Shown: positions 27,950 to 41,185 of the stretch, in pieces
Numbering within the stretch: the stretch's first letter is position 1
How the letters are laid out: each line of letters starts with the position of its first letter
Assembly (NCBI GenBank): GCA_951406725.2
Contig: OX597817.1
Coordinates: 63,736,001 to 63,800,000 of the forward strand
Direction: 5' to 3'
DNA: 64,000 nt
Source of the DNA: Octopus vulgaris
Lineage: Eukaryota
Position numbers and translations under genes: made by a program
Notes under the pieces: model-generated
Told to the model about the DNA's origin: nothing
Database searches by the model: none
The model's input: the letters and a program-made list of their open reading frames with translations, nothing else

Positions 27950-28800
27950 GATTGCCAAGCATTAGCAGTGAAACTTATCCCTTAAGATCTGAAATTAAAT
28001 CTTCAGTTTATAATGTAATAACATGGAGAGTCTGTATGGAACTTTATTGCTCCACGCTGAAGTGCATTGGTCATCCACACGAAAAAGTGTGAGCACAGTT
28101 TTTAAAATTTGAGTGAAGAAATTATCTTATTTCTACCTAAAATTCACTTTGAACTTCCAGAAAAGTTAAAGATGGTGTTGAGTATAAAAAAAAATCAGTA
28201 ACTTTTTTATAGATTCACTTACTTGAAAGAGGGTCAGTGTTTGACTGCAGAATGCCATTATACTATCTTTGAAAGTCCAAAACAAAATTAATGCATTTAA
28301 GTGTCTTCTAAAACTCCGATGTAACCAGGCAGCTCAAAGTGATGTGGAGTGTTTTGAAAGCAAAACTGTTCTACGTTAACACACAAAAGATTCAATTTTG
28401 CAACACTTTTCTGATACGTATAAAGCAATAACAATCCTTTCCGGCTGAAATTTTTAAAAAAAACATCGTTTGGTTAGAAACTCATTCGAGACTTGCGAAA
28501 CTTAAGTAGAGTTTGGCTAGCAGAAAACACACACACACACACACACACAGGGAGAGAGGAAGTATATATGAAATCGGGTTTTCCCTAAAAGCCGAAATTT
28601 CAAAGAGTAAGTTTGCCAAACTACTGGATTGCATCTTCATGCAGTGTGCAAAAATTTTAAGTGTTAATACGATTTCTAACGAAATATTTATGTGAAAACT
28701 TTTTTCCCAACATTTCAATAACAAAAGCACATTTAGAAATAAATTGAATATAAAAGCTGATTTTATGTTTACAACTAACTTTCTCACTTTCACATATTAA
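27950..28800 (+). mobile_element. Decayed hAT (Charlie/Buster-type) transposase
   Basis: LLLHAEVHWSS (cf. LLLHTEVRWLS), VQNKINAFK, FLTKYLCE (cf. F.TTYLCE), KSTFRNKLNIKAD (cf. K.KYRNRL); interrupted by (CA)n at ~28527. Confidence 0.75.
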
Positions 28801-28990
28801 TGCTCTCACAAATCACTAACTTTTAATGACTTCATTAAGAAATTACACAAAGTAACTAAACTTTGGTAACACAATGATATTCTAATACGTATTCGCAAAA
28901 TTGCTATATTAGATTTTTTTATTGTCTTATAAGTTCTGAAAACTCTCTCCTGGTCTAGTAGAATAGGGAAATTTTGAGAAACTTTTTTGT

Positions 28991-29135
28991 AGGCGTAGGA
29001 GTGGTAAGTAGCTTGCTTACCAACCACATAGTTCCGGTTTCAGTCCCACTGCGTGGCACCTTGGCCAAGTGTCTTCTACCAAACCCTTGTGAGTGGATTT
29101 GGTAGACGAAAACTGAAAGAAGTCCGTCGTATATA

Positions 29136-29206
<71 letters not shown>

Positions 29207-29380
29207 GTTTGTGTCTGTGTTTGTCCTCCCAACATAGCTTGACAACCGATGCTGGTGTGTTTAGGTCCCCGTAACCTAGCGGTTCGGCAAAAGAGACCGA
29301 TAGAATAAGTACTAGGCTTACAAAGAATAAGAGTCCTGGAGTTGATTTGCTCGACTAATGACTGAAACAAGTAAAAGAGT
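28991..29380 (+). mobile_element. SINE family A
   Basis: Copy with small internal deletions. Confidence 0.9.
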
Positions 29381-29729
29381 ATGTAGCTTCTAGTATGTAT
29401 GCTTTATATGAGTGCGCGCGAAGTTGTGTGTGTGTGTGCGTGTACAGGGGTAGAGGATGCGTATGTTCTTGAGTGCGATCATTCACAAAATTGTCCTCTC
29501 TACCTCTTTCTTCAGCCTATATGTACAAACCTGTACGCATATGTGGGTGTCATTGTATGTATATAGACGCACTTGAATGTATACATATAGTATATAAGTG
29601 TGAGTTCAATAAGTATTTTGGTGTTTGAGTGTGTATATATATACTAAAACTCTGTGATTGCTTGCTTGTATGCTTGCTTGCGTGCGTGATTGTTTATTAT
29701 CTAATACAGCTAAACCGGCGCATAATACA

Positions 29730-30720
29730 CGCTCCTGGAGGACTAAACCAGGAGAGCTCAGAGGTCAAATGTTAGGGATAACAGGACCATGAAATTTTTC
29801 GGTTATCCTCTCCTGGGTCGTGCAGGGTGTGTGAAGGGGTGCGGAGTCTTGTTGGAACACGTACAGCCTCACCCGAGCAACTCTCTCGACTCAGGGCTTG
29901 ACCACCTTTTTTATTGTCTCGATGTAGGCCGCCGCATTGACCCTAAGACTTCACGGGAAAAACTGAGAAGGCGTGACATAGCTCTTATTGCTCCTGGCCC
30001 CTAAGACCATCTCAGACGATGGTAACTTGGTGGACATAACAGTGGAACTTCAGTGAGACTGACGCAGTACTTTCTGTCATTAATCTTGCTTACTTTTTAA
30101 CTTTGGATAAAGTTCTTCTCGTTTGAGAATAATCTGAGCATATCAAGCTCATATCAAGCTCCTCAAAGTGCTTGAGTTTGTTCCGAAAGTGTTTCGACCA
30201 GATCACGTAGTTCTCCCAGACCTTACTGTTGAACTGTCCTCTTCTCATATCTCAATGTTTGTACCTAATGTCTTCTGCATCACACAAATAATCATTGGCT
30301 CGTCAATGACCCTCACTGACTTGCCGGTATTCTCGTTCATGGTGCCCTGAACTTCGACAATGTAGTGACTGTCGAGAATGCTTTTTTTTTTTTATCATGA
30401 AAGATACATTTCTGCCAGAGGCCAGGAGCTCGTTTTTATCTTAAACCCGAAGGACCTAGCGACATTTAATAACATTGCAGTCTCAGAAATTCTGTCATTG
30501 GTGGCTAAGGCGATGAAAACGGCAGGCCTTTTCATCGTCAGCGTTAGATCCATGTTGGGGCTTGAAAATAGAGGTGATATTTACCTAAAGCTGTGCAGCC
30601 ATGTTTAGTCTGTAACACAAAAAAAGAAAGCTAAAACGACCATGATCGAACTTCAGTTATGTAGTTTCAAGAGTACTACTTTTAGCACGCCAGGACTGTG
30701 TGGCCAACTTTAAATAGTTT
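29730..30720 (-). mobile_element. Decayed Tc1/mariner transposase
   Basis: YVFQQDSAPLH...TQE...*PLSSPGL (cf. FQQDSAPAH...WPPSSPDLNP) at ~29735-29865; upstream sequence to ~30720 appears to belong to the same element. Confidence 0.75.
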
Positions 30721-30974
30721 TTGCGAAAGTGCTGATAACTTTTGATTTCTCCAAGTATGTATATATATATATACGTAAATGTAGAGCGTTAGAATGAATG
30801 CTCAACACCGCATTAGTAAATAAATAATTTCTTTATTTGTGAATTAAGGCTACCATTGGTTTCATGTTCAGAAAAGTAGGAGAATATCCAGGTATCTTAA
30901 CAATTTTCAGGTCGATCATATGGAGAAAGGTGAAACTAATGGTAGCCTTAATTTACAAATAAAGAATATATATA

Positions 30975-31010
<36 letters not shown>

Positions 31011-31084
31011 TGTATGTATGTATGTGTGTGTATGTATCCATGTATGTATATATTTATATATATATGTATGTGTATATATATGTG

Positions 31085-31124
<40 letters not shown>

Positions 31125-31322
31125 TAAAGAGTGAAATATGATTAATTTAATAAAATCAACAAATTTCACCAAGTAGTATTTCGGTATGGAAAAGGACCAT
31201 ATTCGGTAAAAGTTTATATAATTATAACAATGAGGGTCTTTGCAACAAGTTGCTAGACCACATACCGAATTTCTAATACTTTCGGTATGTGGTCTAGCAA
31301 CTTGTTGCAAAGACCCTCATTG

Positions 31323-31379
<57 letters not shown>

Positions 31380-31604
31380 CACTTACTGAAAATAAATAAG
31401 CGACAGAACGTGGCATTCCATTCAATAAGTTAAAACCCATAATATATGCACAAACAAACGGAAAACAGACACAGAATGTCGCCAAATCCTTATCAGTTAT
31501 CAGCCAAAAGATCAACGCAATTTCGCATCTTAAGTTGATGAGGATTTGGCGACCTTCTGTGTCTGAGTTTGTTTATGCATTTATTATGTGCGTGTGTGTG
31601 TTTG

Positions 31605-31641
<37 letters not shown>

Positions 31642-33019
31642 GTGTGTGTATAACTATACATACATACATACATACATACATACGTACTTATAGAGAGATA
31701 GGTATAAGCACACAAACACTAAAACACATATGCGCGCGCGCACACACATACACCTGTCTTTTATTCTTTCGTATTGGTTTATGTCATCCACCAGCAGTTA
31801 TGTTGAGTCGGCTTTAGTTGATCACATCGATCCTGTGGTTATTTCAGTTTAGTACTTATTCTAACGATCTTTATCGATTCAATACTTAACTTATTGTTGT
31901 CGCCCGAAATTTAAGAGACGATACATTATCAGAGATGTATTTCATGCCAGACGTTGTCGACATATAGTCATTTCATGCATATTTATTAATAACGCAGCGA
32001 TTTGGCTGGATCAATAACGGATGTGCACCGAATTCTCTCAAAATAACACGTGATTTGATATCACTCTGCTGTTTCTATGTACTCTGAAATAGTAAGCCAC
32101 CACCGCAACGTTACTAATTATTTCGTGTAAAAGTATATAATTATAGAATATTCAATATACACTCACCGCACCGAAATTAAAGAGCGTTTAGAAGTAATAT
32201 CTACACACTAATTATTCAGAAGTAACTCAAAAACATTGTAGTTAGTCACACAAAATACAGAAAAAATGCAGTCATTGTTTAGTATTATTCATACAATAAT
32301 TCAAATAAACAGACATTTTCTTGGTGTTTTTGGTCTTTTGTAACTGTTGCTTGCATGGCGATTTGGCATGACCTCACCGTCGTCTCTTTCCAGAACTATT
32401 AACATCATTAGTATTCACGGAGTGCTCGCAGAACAATGAGAAACTAAATAATATATCTATTCATTCTCAAAACATTCTGGTAGATTTCAAAGTGAATACT
32501 TGATCGCTGTTGTTTGTTCGTCATCGGAGAATACCTTCTTCCGTTAAATGCTGTTCTATGTGCACACCATAAATTGTTATCCGTTTGGAAGACATCATCA
32601 CTCATCAGCAAATAATTTAGATGCTAATTCCTATGAACAAGGACTCGTGTTCTTGTTAGCTTCATCGGTCCGGTGGGATAATTTTGACTGTGGAGACACA
32701 CAACGAGGTCGAAACACTACGGTGTCTTGAAATAACTTTACACAGTGAATCACGTGTGTTATGAACAAGCATTGTCTAAAGGGAGTTATTCTCTGTTGAA
32801 AAACAACGATCAGACATTCACGTCCGAATCTGCCAGAACCGCTTAAGAATGAGCAGATGCATCATTGCTATTATCATCGCTGTTGTATAGGTATTTGCTC
32901 GAGAAAGAAAGGTATGAGCAAAGGTTTACAGTTTTAATCAACGTTATCAAGGTGTGCACATAGAACAGCATTTAACGGAAGGAGATATTCTCCGATGACG
33001 AACAAACAACAGCGATTCA

Positions 33020-35250
33020 AGAGATCTGGACAAATAGTTGGGACCATATCTGTCATCTCTGTCCCTGATGCAAATAAAATCAAGACGTGGTGATAAGACA
33101 ATGTTTCCCTAACATCTTTTCAATTAAAAAATAATTTTGTTTGTGGATAATCTGTTTTGCTTTTTGTTTGATTTTTATAGATGCATTGATTTTCAAGGAC
33201 CACTCGATCAGAATGCAGTCAGTCAAAGTCGGAGAATTAACATTAAAATCTTCTTGTTTCTCCAGTGTTGAAGTATGAGTAAAATTAAACATTAAAAAAA
33301 AAAATCTGGAAGGTAATAATCTAATATTCATTAAAACACATGAGAATTCTTCGCATCATTGTTTGATTTCCACCACACCTTTTTTTGCTCCATTAGAAAC
33401 AACTGAGTAGTTTTTTTTTATGTCACTCCACCTGTGTTGTTCACTTTATCCGTTTGATGAAGGACTGTTATGAGTTGTTCAAGTATTTTTTAATATTCCA
33501 TCTTATTAAAAATTTCTAGAATTTAGTTCTTTCAAATTGAAAGCCACAATGAATAATAGGGAGAGGCATTTAATAACAGATTGAAAAATTCCTTTTCTTA
33601 AGGCTAAAACAAAAGTATAACTATAAAACAATTGAGTGCTGTGTCAAAACACAAGAGTTGTATTAATTAGTCATTGTCCTGATCCTACCGTGGTTTTATT
33701 TTTGTTTTTGCTTTTGTTTATTGCATAAATTGTTCCTTGTTATTTTTATGATCCGAGGTTTTAACTTTGCACTGAAATTACATAAACTAATTTTATCCAT
33801 AAAGTGCTTCTTAATGAGTCATTATAATTGAATCTTTTCAAACAATTTCTCTTGTCTATCTAAGCCAGGGCGTCCTATCTATTGATGAATTTCCATTGTT
33901 ATATTAATCTGCTCATAATTTGACATCTATTCATTATTTGTAGCAACTGCATAAATTATACTTAAAGCTTATGCGACCGAATTCTAATACACTAATGTAT
34001 TTCGTATTCAGAGCTGTGAAATCAGTAATCTCCAACGAAATTTATTTCTTATTGATCTGTAATTCTTTTTTTTTCCAGCTTATTGCAAAGGGACTAATTC
34101 TACAGACGGTCATTTCTTTTCAATGTTATTCAATTTATGTGAATAGAAGCAAATTGGTTGCCCATTTTGCATTAGAATAGAACCTATTAATAATAGAGAT
34201 GCATCTGTTTCGAATGAAATTAACTGAACGTTGAAACAAATAACGAAGCCACTGAAGCACTATCTTTCCATTTCTTAATTACTTCAAGTCATTCAGCTGA
34301 CAATTATATAAGTTGGTATTCTTTAGCTACAAACTAGGATGCTGCAGTTTTATCCCATTTTGAATACAACACAATTAATCCAATAAATCGCTCAAATTCC
34401 TTGGAATTTCCAAAAACAGGTAACTCATTATAGTAGCATCAATCTCTGAGGGTCTGGTAGCATCTTAGTTTCTCTAAAATGTGACCTTAGAACACTGACA
34501 CTGCCATGCTGAGTTCACGTATTTAGAGTTGAATAACAATCCTACATCATGGGTATATTTAAGGAAAGCTTTCAAATTTTCATAATGAATCATTTTATTT
34601 TCTCCACATATCACTGCATCATCAAAATAATGAGCAGCTTCTTTTAAAGTTTTTAACAGTTTCTCTCCTTACCTTGCTACAAAAATATCTCCCAACGTAG
34701 TCTACTACTTATTTGTTTAGGTTTCAGATCTTACCTTAAAAGTTAGTATTCAATTTGTAACTCCAAGCGGCAATAGTGTAAACTGGAATAACTATTTGTC
34801 TCATAAAATGCAAAATGTTGCTTCCAGAGAGATAAGTGCACTTGATAATGTACCGACCGATGGTCATCAGTACTGAAATGAGGATTTAGATCAAAACATC
34901 ATTAATATGTAGAACAAAAAAATACAGCTAGTTTTGTGTATTTGTTAATGGTAGATGCTTAGCAGTTCACTGTTTTTGTCAACACTTCTGTTGGCTTCAT
35001 CAACTTATAAATGCCATGACGACTTTGAAAGTATAATTTATTAATTTCAGTTTATCAATTTCATCTTTAATTAATAACCAATATTCAAAGAGGCGATTCC
35101 GAGTGAAGCAGCATGTGGTTGATACATGCAGAGAAATTCCTAAGCTAGAATCAGTGAGTATTCGAAGTGTTGAAGGCTTTTTAAATATGTGTTAAATTTT
35201 AGATCAACTTACACATCTGACATAGTTAATAGTGAAAGTCAATCCGGAGC
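33020..35250 (-). mobile_element. Decayed Ty3/Gypsy LTR-retrotransposon pol (RT-RNaseH-integrase)
   Basis: Broken-frame motifs in Gypsy order: IKDEIDKL (~35050), FQFTLLPLGVTN (~34770), LPDPQRL and ERFIGLIVLYSKW (~34400), TDASLLLIGSILMQNGQPICFYSHKL RNaseH (~34130-34215), IHQ*IGRPG...CNFSAKLKP integrase Zn-finger (~33760-33900), SPSSNG*SE integrase core (~33450). Many stops and frameshifts. Confidence 0.85.
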
Positions 35251-35269
35251 GACTGAAATTGCAGGAGTT

Positions 35270-36220
35270 TAAAGATTTCAATTATCCCATTACCCCACAA
35301 GACTCCCTGTCCTTGATACAGAAATTGGTTAGAGACTATGAACAACAGAGTACAGCTACCTCCACTCCTATTACATGAAACCCAGAGCGTCTAAATATGT
35401 TGTTCACAAGAATTCAGCTTTGTCACACAACATGACAATCAACATACTGATAGCAGACTTAAGATAATGTGTCCCCATTATGCAAACCCTATGAAACAAA
35501 GAAACATGTACAGAACCTCATGCACCACATGCAATTCTCTGGATATATCCAGAAAGATAGATACCGGGTATACAGGGGAGCTAAAAAGAAGTTAGATAGC
35601 ATTATATGTAACGAAACTAGTGATACCTGCCTTAGATATAGAAGTAAAGACTGGAATAGGATACAAAGAGTTTGTGACAAAGCAAACAAGGTGAACACGT
35701 GGTACAAAGCCGACGAATATCAAGAAGTATTTATAGAGGCCACAGCCCATGGAGAACTAGCCTGAAGATTTAGGAAGGCTCTTGAAAGAGTCCAAACTCA
35801 ACATTAATATCTTTGAAAAGTCAGGGAGCTCCATTAGATCACAACTATGTAGGACGTGCCCTTTTGAGAATACCACATGCACCAATGAGAACTGCATGGT
35901 ATGTAAGATTAACGCTGGCATTAACTTTAGGACTAGAAATGTAGTCTACAGCATAAGGTCCATAGAGGGACTTGTAAAGATAAGAACAAGATATACATAG
36001 GCGAGACATTTAGAAGCATTGGACATTTGAAACAATATGACGACAAAAAACAGTCCTCCATACTCGAGCATCATGCCAAGACCTACATGGAAGCACACTT
36101 GATCAACTTGACATCTGCATTTTATCCAAGCCCCCGAAGGACCCAAAACTCAGACAAATACAGGAGTACGTCCTCATAAATAAAACATCCCCAGTACTAA
36201 ATAGAAAATATACGTAGAAG
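35270..36220 (+). mobile_element. Penelope-like retroelement 3' remnant (RT thumb + GIY-YIG endonuclease)
   Basis: YYMKPRASKYVVHKNSA, FSGY, CTNENCMVC...NVVYSI, then YIGET (~35994) and LEH, as in the PLE GIY-YIG domain; frameshifted. Confidence 0.8.
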
Positions 36221-36519
36221 GTAGTCATGCTCCAATACCCGCAGTTTACATACACACAAACAGAGTTGTTAGTAAGCTGTTATGTAGACGTATATATATA
36301 CGGTGCATTGTGAATTTATGGAAAGGAATCCCATAAAACTCAACGTTTTTGTTAAAAATGGAGAAGAGATGTTAAAATATACAAGAGAATGTTAATTCAT
36401 GCAGACGATCCTTTCGTACAGCGGTATAAAAATCATGCAAATTCATGGTTGAATAGAAATAATTAAATTAATGAAATTGAATTAAATTAATTATGTATCA
36501 CTGTACTTTTCAGCGCAAG

Positions 36520-38680
36520 AAGTAGAAACAAATTTTTTAGGAACAAAATTTTTACAACCCTAACTTTCATACTGATCCAAAGGTAAGGCTCACCTGCCCT
36601 TGCAAATTTGACATCGGAAAACTTAGCAAAATTATCATAGACAAATACCTAAAATTATTGAAATACAAAATAAAACTCCGCCTGTGGTCTAAAACACTAG
36701 ATGTAGTCAACTGGTTCACTAATCTTCAAGATAAGAAAAGATGCAAATTCATCCAACAGGTCATAGACAACTACTACCAATCCATTAACCCCATCTTACT
36801 AAATAAATCACTTATCTTCGCCAAGAATAGGACTAAATTATCAATGAAAGAAATAAAAATCATACTTGAAGTTAGGAAGACTATAATATTTCATGATGGT
36901 AAATAAAGGACCAAGAAAGATACACCAGACTGTTTCGATGTTAGCATGGGTGCACAAGACTCCGCAGAGGTAACCGATTTAGTCGGGATTTACCTACTAC
37001 ACAAACTTAAAGAAGAATTTCCTGAATTGGAAGGTGGTCTTTACTGGGACGACGCTCTATTCTTAGTTAGAAATACCTCCAACAGAAAACTTAAACTTTA
37101 CAAAAAATACTACACGATTTTATAAAAAAACAAGGATTATCCATTGCTATTGATAAAAATAACAAATCTGTGAGCTTCCAGGACGTTAACTTCAATATTA
37201 ATACTTCCTCCCATCAGCCTTACCATAAACCCAACAACAATATCACATACATAAACGCTCAAAGTAACCAAGCTTGTAACATTATAGAAAACCTGGCCAA
37301 CATAGAGAGAAGAATTAATCTATTATCATCTAATGAAGAAATATTTAACAAATTAAGTACAATAAAAACGACAGCATCAATACTTATAATACCAAGCTTT
37401 ATCTTGAAATGAATAACGTAGATAATATTAGTGGACCTAAGTCACCTAATGAATTAGTACACCCCATAAGCATATAAAAAAAACTCTCAATAATAGTCAT
37501 CGACATAACCTTAGCACAAAACACGAAAATTACAACTACAATAAACATACTAATAAACTTAGTCAATACGAGCACCATAGCCATAACTTTACTAAAGGAA
37601 GAAAATAATATAAATTTTAGCAATTCCCCACCTTACTAACTACACTAATACTAATATTAATAAACCCATGAATACTGACAACAAACACCAAAACTCCTTA
37701 GTTATAGATAAAAACAGGAAAATTAAACCAATTAGCAGAAAAAATGAAAATAATCTAAACTCCCCTAATCCCTTCAATAATACACATAACCATAGATCTC
37801 AAATTAATGTAGATGGAAATAGAATAGCTAAAACGAAACCAATATCTTGTGTGAGAATAGCTGACCCCCCCACCCCCAAACACAACCCATCATTCCAATA
37901 AAGAAAACAGCAATAACACTACTTGGATCATAATACCTTTTGCCAAACATCTAAAATCTAACTTCATTTGATCCATTAGAATGATAATAGATAAAAAGTT
38001 TAAAAACTCCAAATATACAAAAATATTTAATAATAAAAAAATTAGATTCAGATTTTCAGTCTCTCCAAATCTCTTTAGGATAATCTCTTCTTTTAACAAA
38101 AAGGAACTGGATCTATTCTATAATAAAAATAAATTCGTTAAATGTACCTAGTACCTCCAATAATCATATAATTAACAACTACTATTATGATAATAACCAG
38201 AACTCCATGTCTATATATAATAAATATAGACATAACACCATAGTACCACCCAATAATTTAAATTGTAATTGTAGAGGCTCAAATGCCTGTGAAGTAGATA
38301 AATATTGCAAACTGAAAGAAGTTGTATACCAAGCAACTATTATTACTCAGGGCTCCTCTAAATATATATACGTGGATTGCACGGAAAATTCTATTAAATC
38401 GCGTATAGATCTTCTTTTAGGGACCCTAGAAAAGAGAATAGCACAGGTCTATCTAAAAACAAATTTGGTACCTCAAAAGAAACAATATTGATTCCTCAAT
38501 TTCTTGGAAAATCCTATCTTCTTCCCCGCTCTTACAGATATAATAATAAAATTTGTAGGTTATGTTTGGAAGAAAGCTATAGCATAATGAGAATGAATGG
38601 AAATCTGATTAACACTAGGGATGAAAGAGTTTCTCATGAAAACACATGACCAAATTCCTTTTTATCAATCTTAAATAATT
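36520..38680 (+). mobile_element. Penelope-like retroelement, near full RT + GIY-YIG, pseudogenised
   Basis: KVRLTCPCKFDIGKLSK, VVNWF, YYQSI, FDVSMGAQDSAEVTDLVG, GLYWDDAL (YRDD with CGG>TGG, 37042-37053), YHKPNNNITYINAQSN, WIIIPF, CNCRGSNAC...VVYQA, CRLCLEE. Multiple frameshifts. Confidence 0.88.
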
Positions 38681-38967
38681 CTTTTTAAGAAAATATTTAT
38701 ATATATTTTCTATAGAATACGATTATTCATCACTTTGCATCAGTTTGCATCACTGTATCTTACACTTTGCATCACTGTATCTTACACTATCTTGATATAT
38801 TTTTTATTTAACTTTTATATATATACATTGGCCTGCTCGCTTAGCCAGCGGGGTGGCGTCATTTAAAGGCTAAAACAATGCGAAGCGCATTGTGACCAGT
38901 GATGTGTAGCAACATCTGATGGTCTGGTCGGTCATGGTGGTGGATGGTGGATATATACATATATACA

Positions 38968-39134
38968 GGCGCAAGAGTGGCTGCGTGGTAAGTAGGTTGC
39001 TTACCAACCACATGGTTCCGGGTTCAATCCCACTGCGTGGCATCTTGGGCAAGTGTCTTCTACTATAGCCTCGGGCCGACCAAAGCCTTGTGAGTGGATT
39101 TGGTAGACGGAAACTGAAAGAAGCCCGTCGTATA

Positions 39135-39209
<75 letters not shown>

Positions 39210-39404
39210 ATGTTTGTATGTCTGTGTTTGTGCCCCTAGCATTGCTTGACAACCGATGCTGGTGTATTTACGTCGCCGTCACTTAGCGGTGACCGATAGA
39301 ATAAGTAATGGGCTTACAAAGAATAAGTCCTGGGGTCGATTTGCTCGACTAAAGGCGGTGCTCCAGCATGGCCGCAGTCAACTGACTGAAACAAGTAAAA
39401 GAGT
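38968..39404 (+). mobile_element. SINE family A
   Basis: Full-length copy. Confidence 0.9.
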
Positions 39405-40007
39405 ATACATATATTCACGAGTAGATACAAGGGCGTGTGTGTGTAAGTGTGTGTGTCTGTGTGTGCAAATATATGAGTGTAGGTATATGAGTGTGTAAAC
39501 GCAAGTATATAAGTACGCGTACACGAGAGTGCATATTGACCGTATAAACATACAATTATATTGTCATATGGACCTGTTTGTATAGAGTCTACATACATAG
39601 ATGATATGACTAACCTTTCGATTAAGATAAGCTAGAAAATAACAAATTTTGTGTTCGCAGTGTAGCAACATGTGTCCTATGTTCTGTGAGCGGCGGTATA
39701 TTTCGGAAACTCAGTAAGGCTGCTGGATGTCTAGATGTATGTGTGTCACTACTGAGTTCTGTCTGTCATAGTTATAACAGGTTTGTACACTATATGGATG
39801 CTGGCTGCAAGGGCTGCCTAGCTGTGTAGCATCAAGAGTGTCACCACTGCAAAGCTGCAACCTTCGTCCATGCTATCTTTGGCTGTAATAGTATCGATAC
39901 TGTCTGGGTGCATGGCTGTAATCAAAGATATTGTTTGTGTGAGCTTATTAGTTGCACTGTACCTCTATAGGACGCCTATTGTTATAGCAACATACTAATC
40001 GTTGTAA

Positions 40008-40570
40008 GGCGACGAGCTGGCAGAAGCGTTAGCACGCCGGGCGAAATGCTTTGTGGTATTTCGTCCGCTGCTGCGTTCTGAGTTCAAATTCTGCCGAGGT
40101 CGACTTTGCCTTTCATCCTTTCGGGGTCGATAAATTAAGTACCAGTCACACACTGGGGTCGATATAATCGACTTAATCCGTTTGTCTGTCCTTGTTTGTC
40201 CTCTCTGTGTTTAGCCCCTTGTGGGTTGTAAAGAAATAGAAATAGGTATTTCGTCTGCCGTTACGTTCTGAGTTGAAATTCCGCCGATGTCGATTTTGCC
40301 TTTCATCCTTTCGGGGTCGATTAAAAAAGTACCAGTTACGCACTGGGGTCGATATAATCGACTTAATCCGTTTGTCTGTCCTTGTTTGTCCTCTCTGTGT
40401 TTAGCCCCTTGTAGGTACTAAAGAAATAGGTATTTCGTCTGCCGCTACGTTCTGAGTTCAAATTCCGCCGAGGTCGACTTTGCCTTTCATCCTTTCAAAG
40501 TCGATAAATTAAGATCTAATCGACTGGCTTCCTCCCTTAAAATTTCGAGCCTTATGCCTAGAGTAGAAAA
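40008..40570 (+). mobile_element. SINE family B, tandem trimer
   Basis: Head plus three ~185-bp body units (gtatttcgtc...gagttcaaattccgccgaggtcgac...aaagaaata). Confidence 0.9.
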
Positions 40571-40694
40571 AACATACAAATAGTTGTTTGATAGACGAAT
40601 TAGCTCTATAAGATATTTCAGTAAATCCATTTCGCATCGCTGGTGCACCGCAAAATGTTTTCTATTCTTTTAAAAAGATTTTCTACAGTACAAT

Positions 40695-40910
40695 TCTTTC
40701 TGCTATAGGCACAAGACCTGGAATGTGTGGGGAAGGGGATATATGATCATATCGACTCCCAACTTTTGGTTGGTACTTAATTCATCGATCCCGAAAGGAT
40801 GAAGAGCAAAGTCAACCTCGGTGGAATTTGAACTCAGAACGTAAAGACAGAGGAAATGCTGCTAAGCATTTTCACCCGGAGTGCTAACGATTCGGAGTGC
40901 AAACGATTCT
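40695..40910 (-). mobile_element. SINE family B (monomer)
   Basis: Reverse copy flanked by tctacagtac direct repeats. Further monomers at ~4780-4985(+), 8795-9010(-), 13015-13228(-), 16700-16880(-), 24710-24895(+), 49985-50150(+), 63775-63930(+). Confidence 0.85.
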
Positions 40911-41185
40911 CTACAGTACTAATAGTAAACTCTTTCACTTGGATTACACAAGTAGCATCTTATTAAGCGGAGATTCTCAAAGTGAGTCGGGGGAAAAGTT
41001 TCGGAGTTTCATGAGACAAAGTGATATTTTATACAATTTCGTAAAAAAAAATATTTTATGAAAATAGTATCCATATATTTAAACTATATTATGATTTCTA
41101 GTGAATTCTCTAAAGTAATTTTTGTTCCATTTAACACCTTTTTGTTCTATTTAACATCTATTTAGTGATAGTTGTCAGTAAAATA

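Noticed and set aside
33360-33480. piggyBac-like GGV...KKVWWK motif on the minus strand
   Set aside because: An alternative frame gives the integrase SPSSNG.SE motif, colinear with the adjacent Gypsy RNaseH and Zn-finger.
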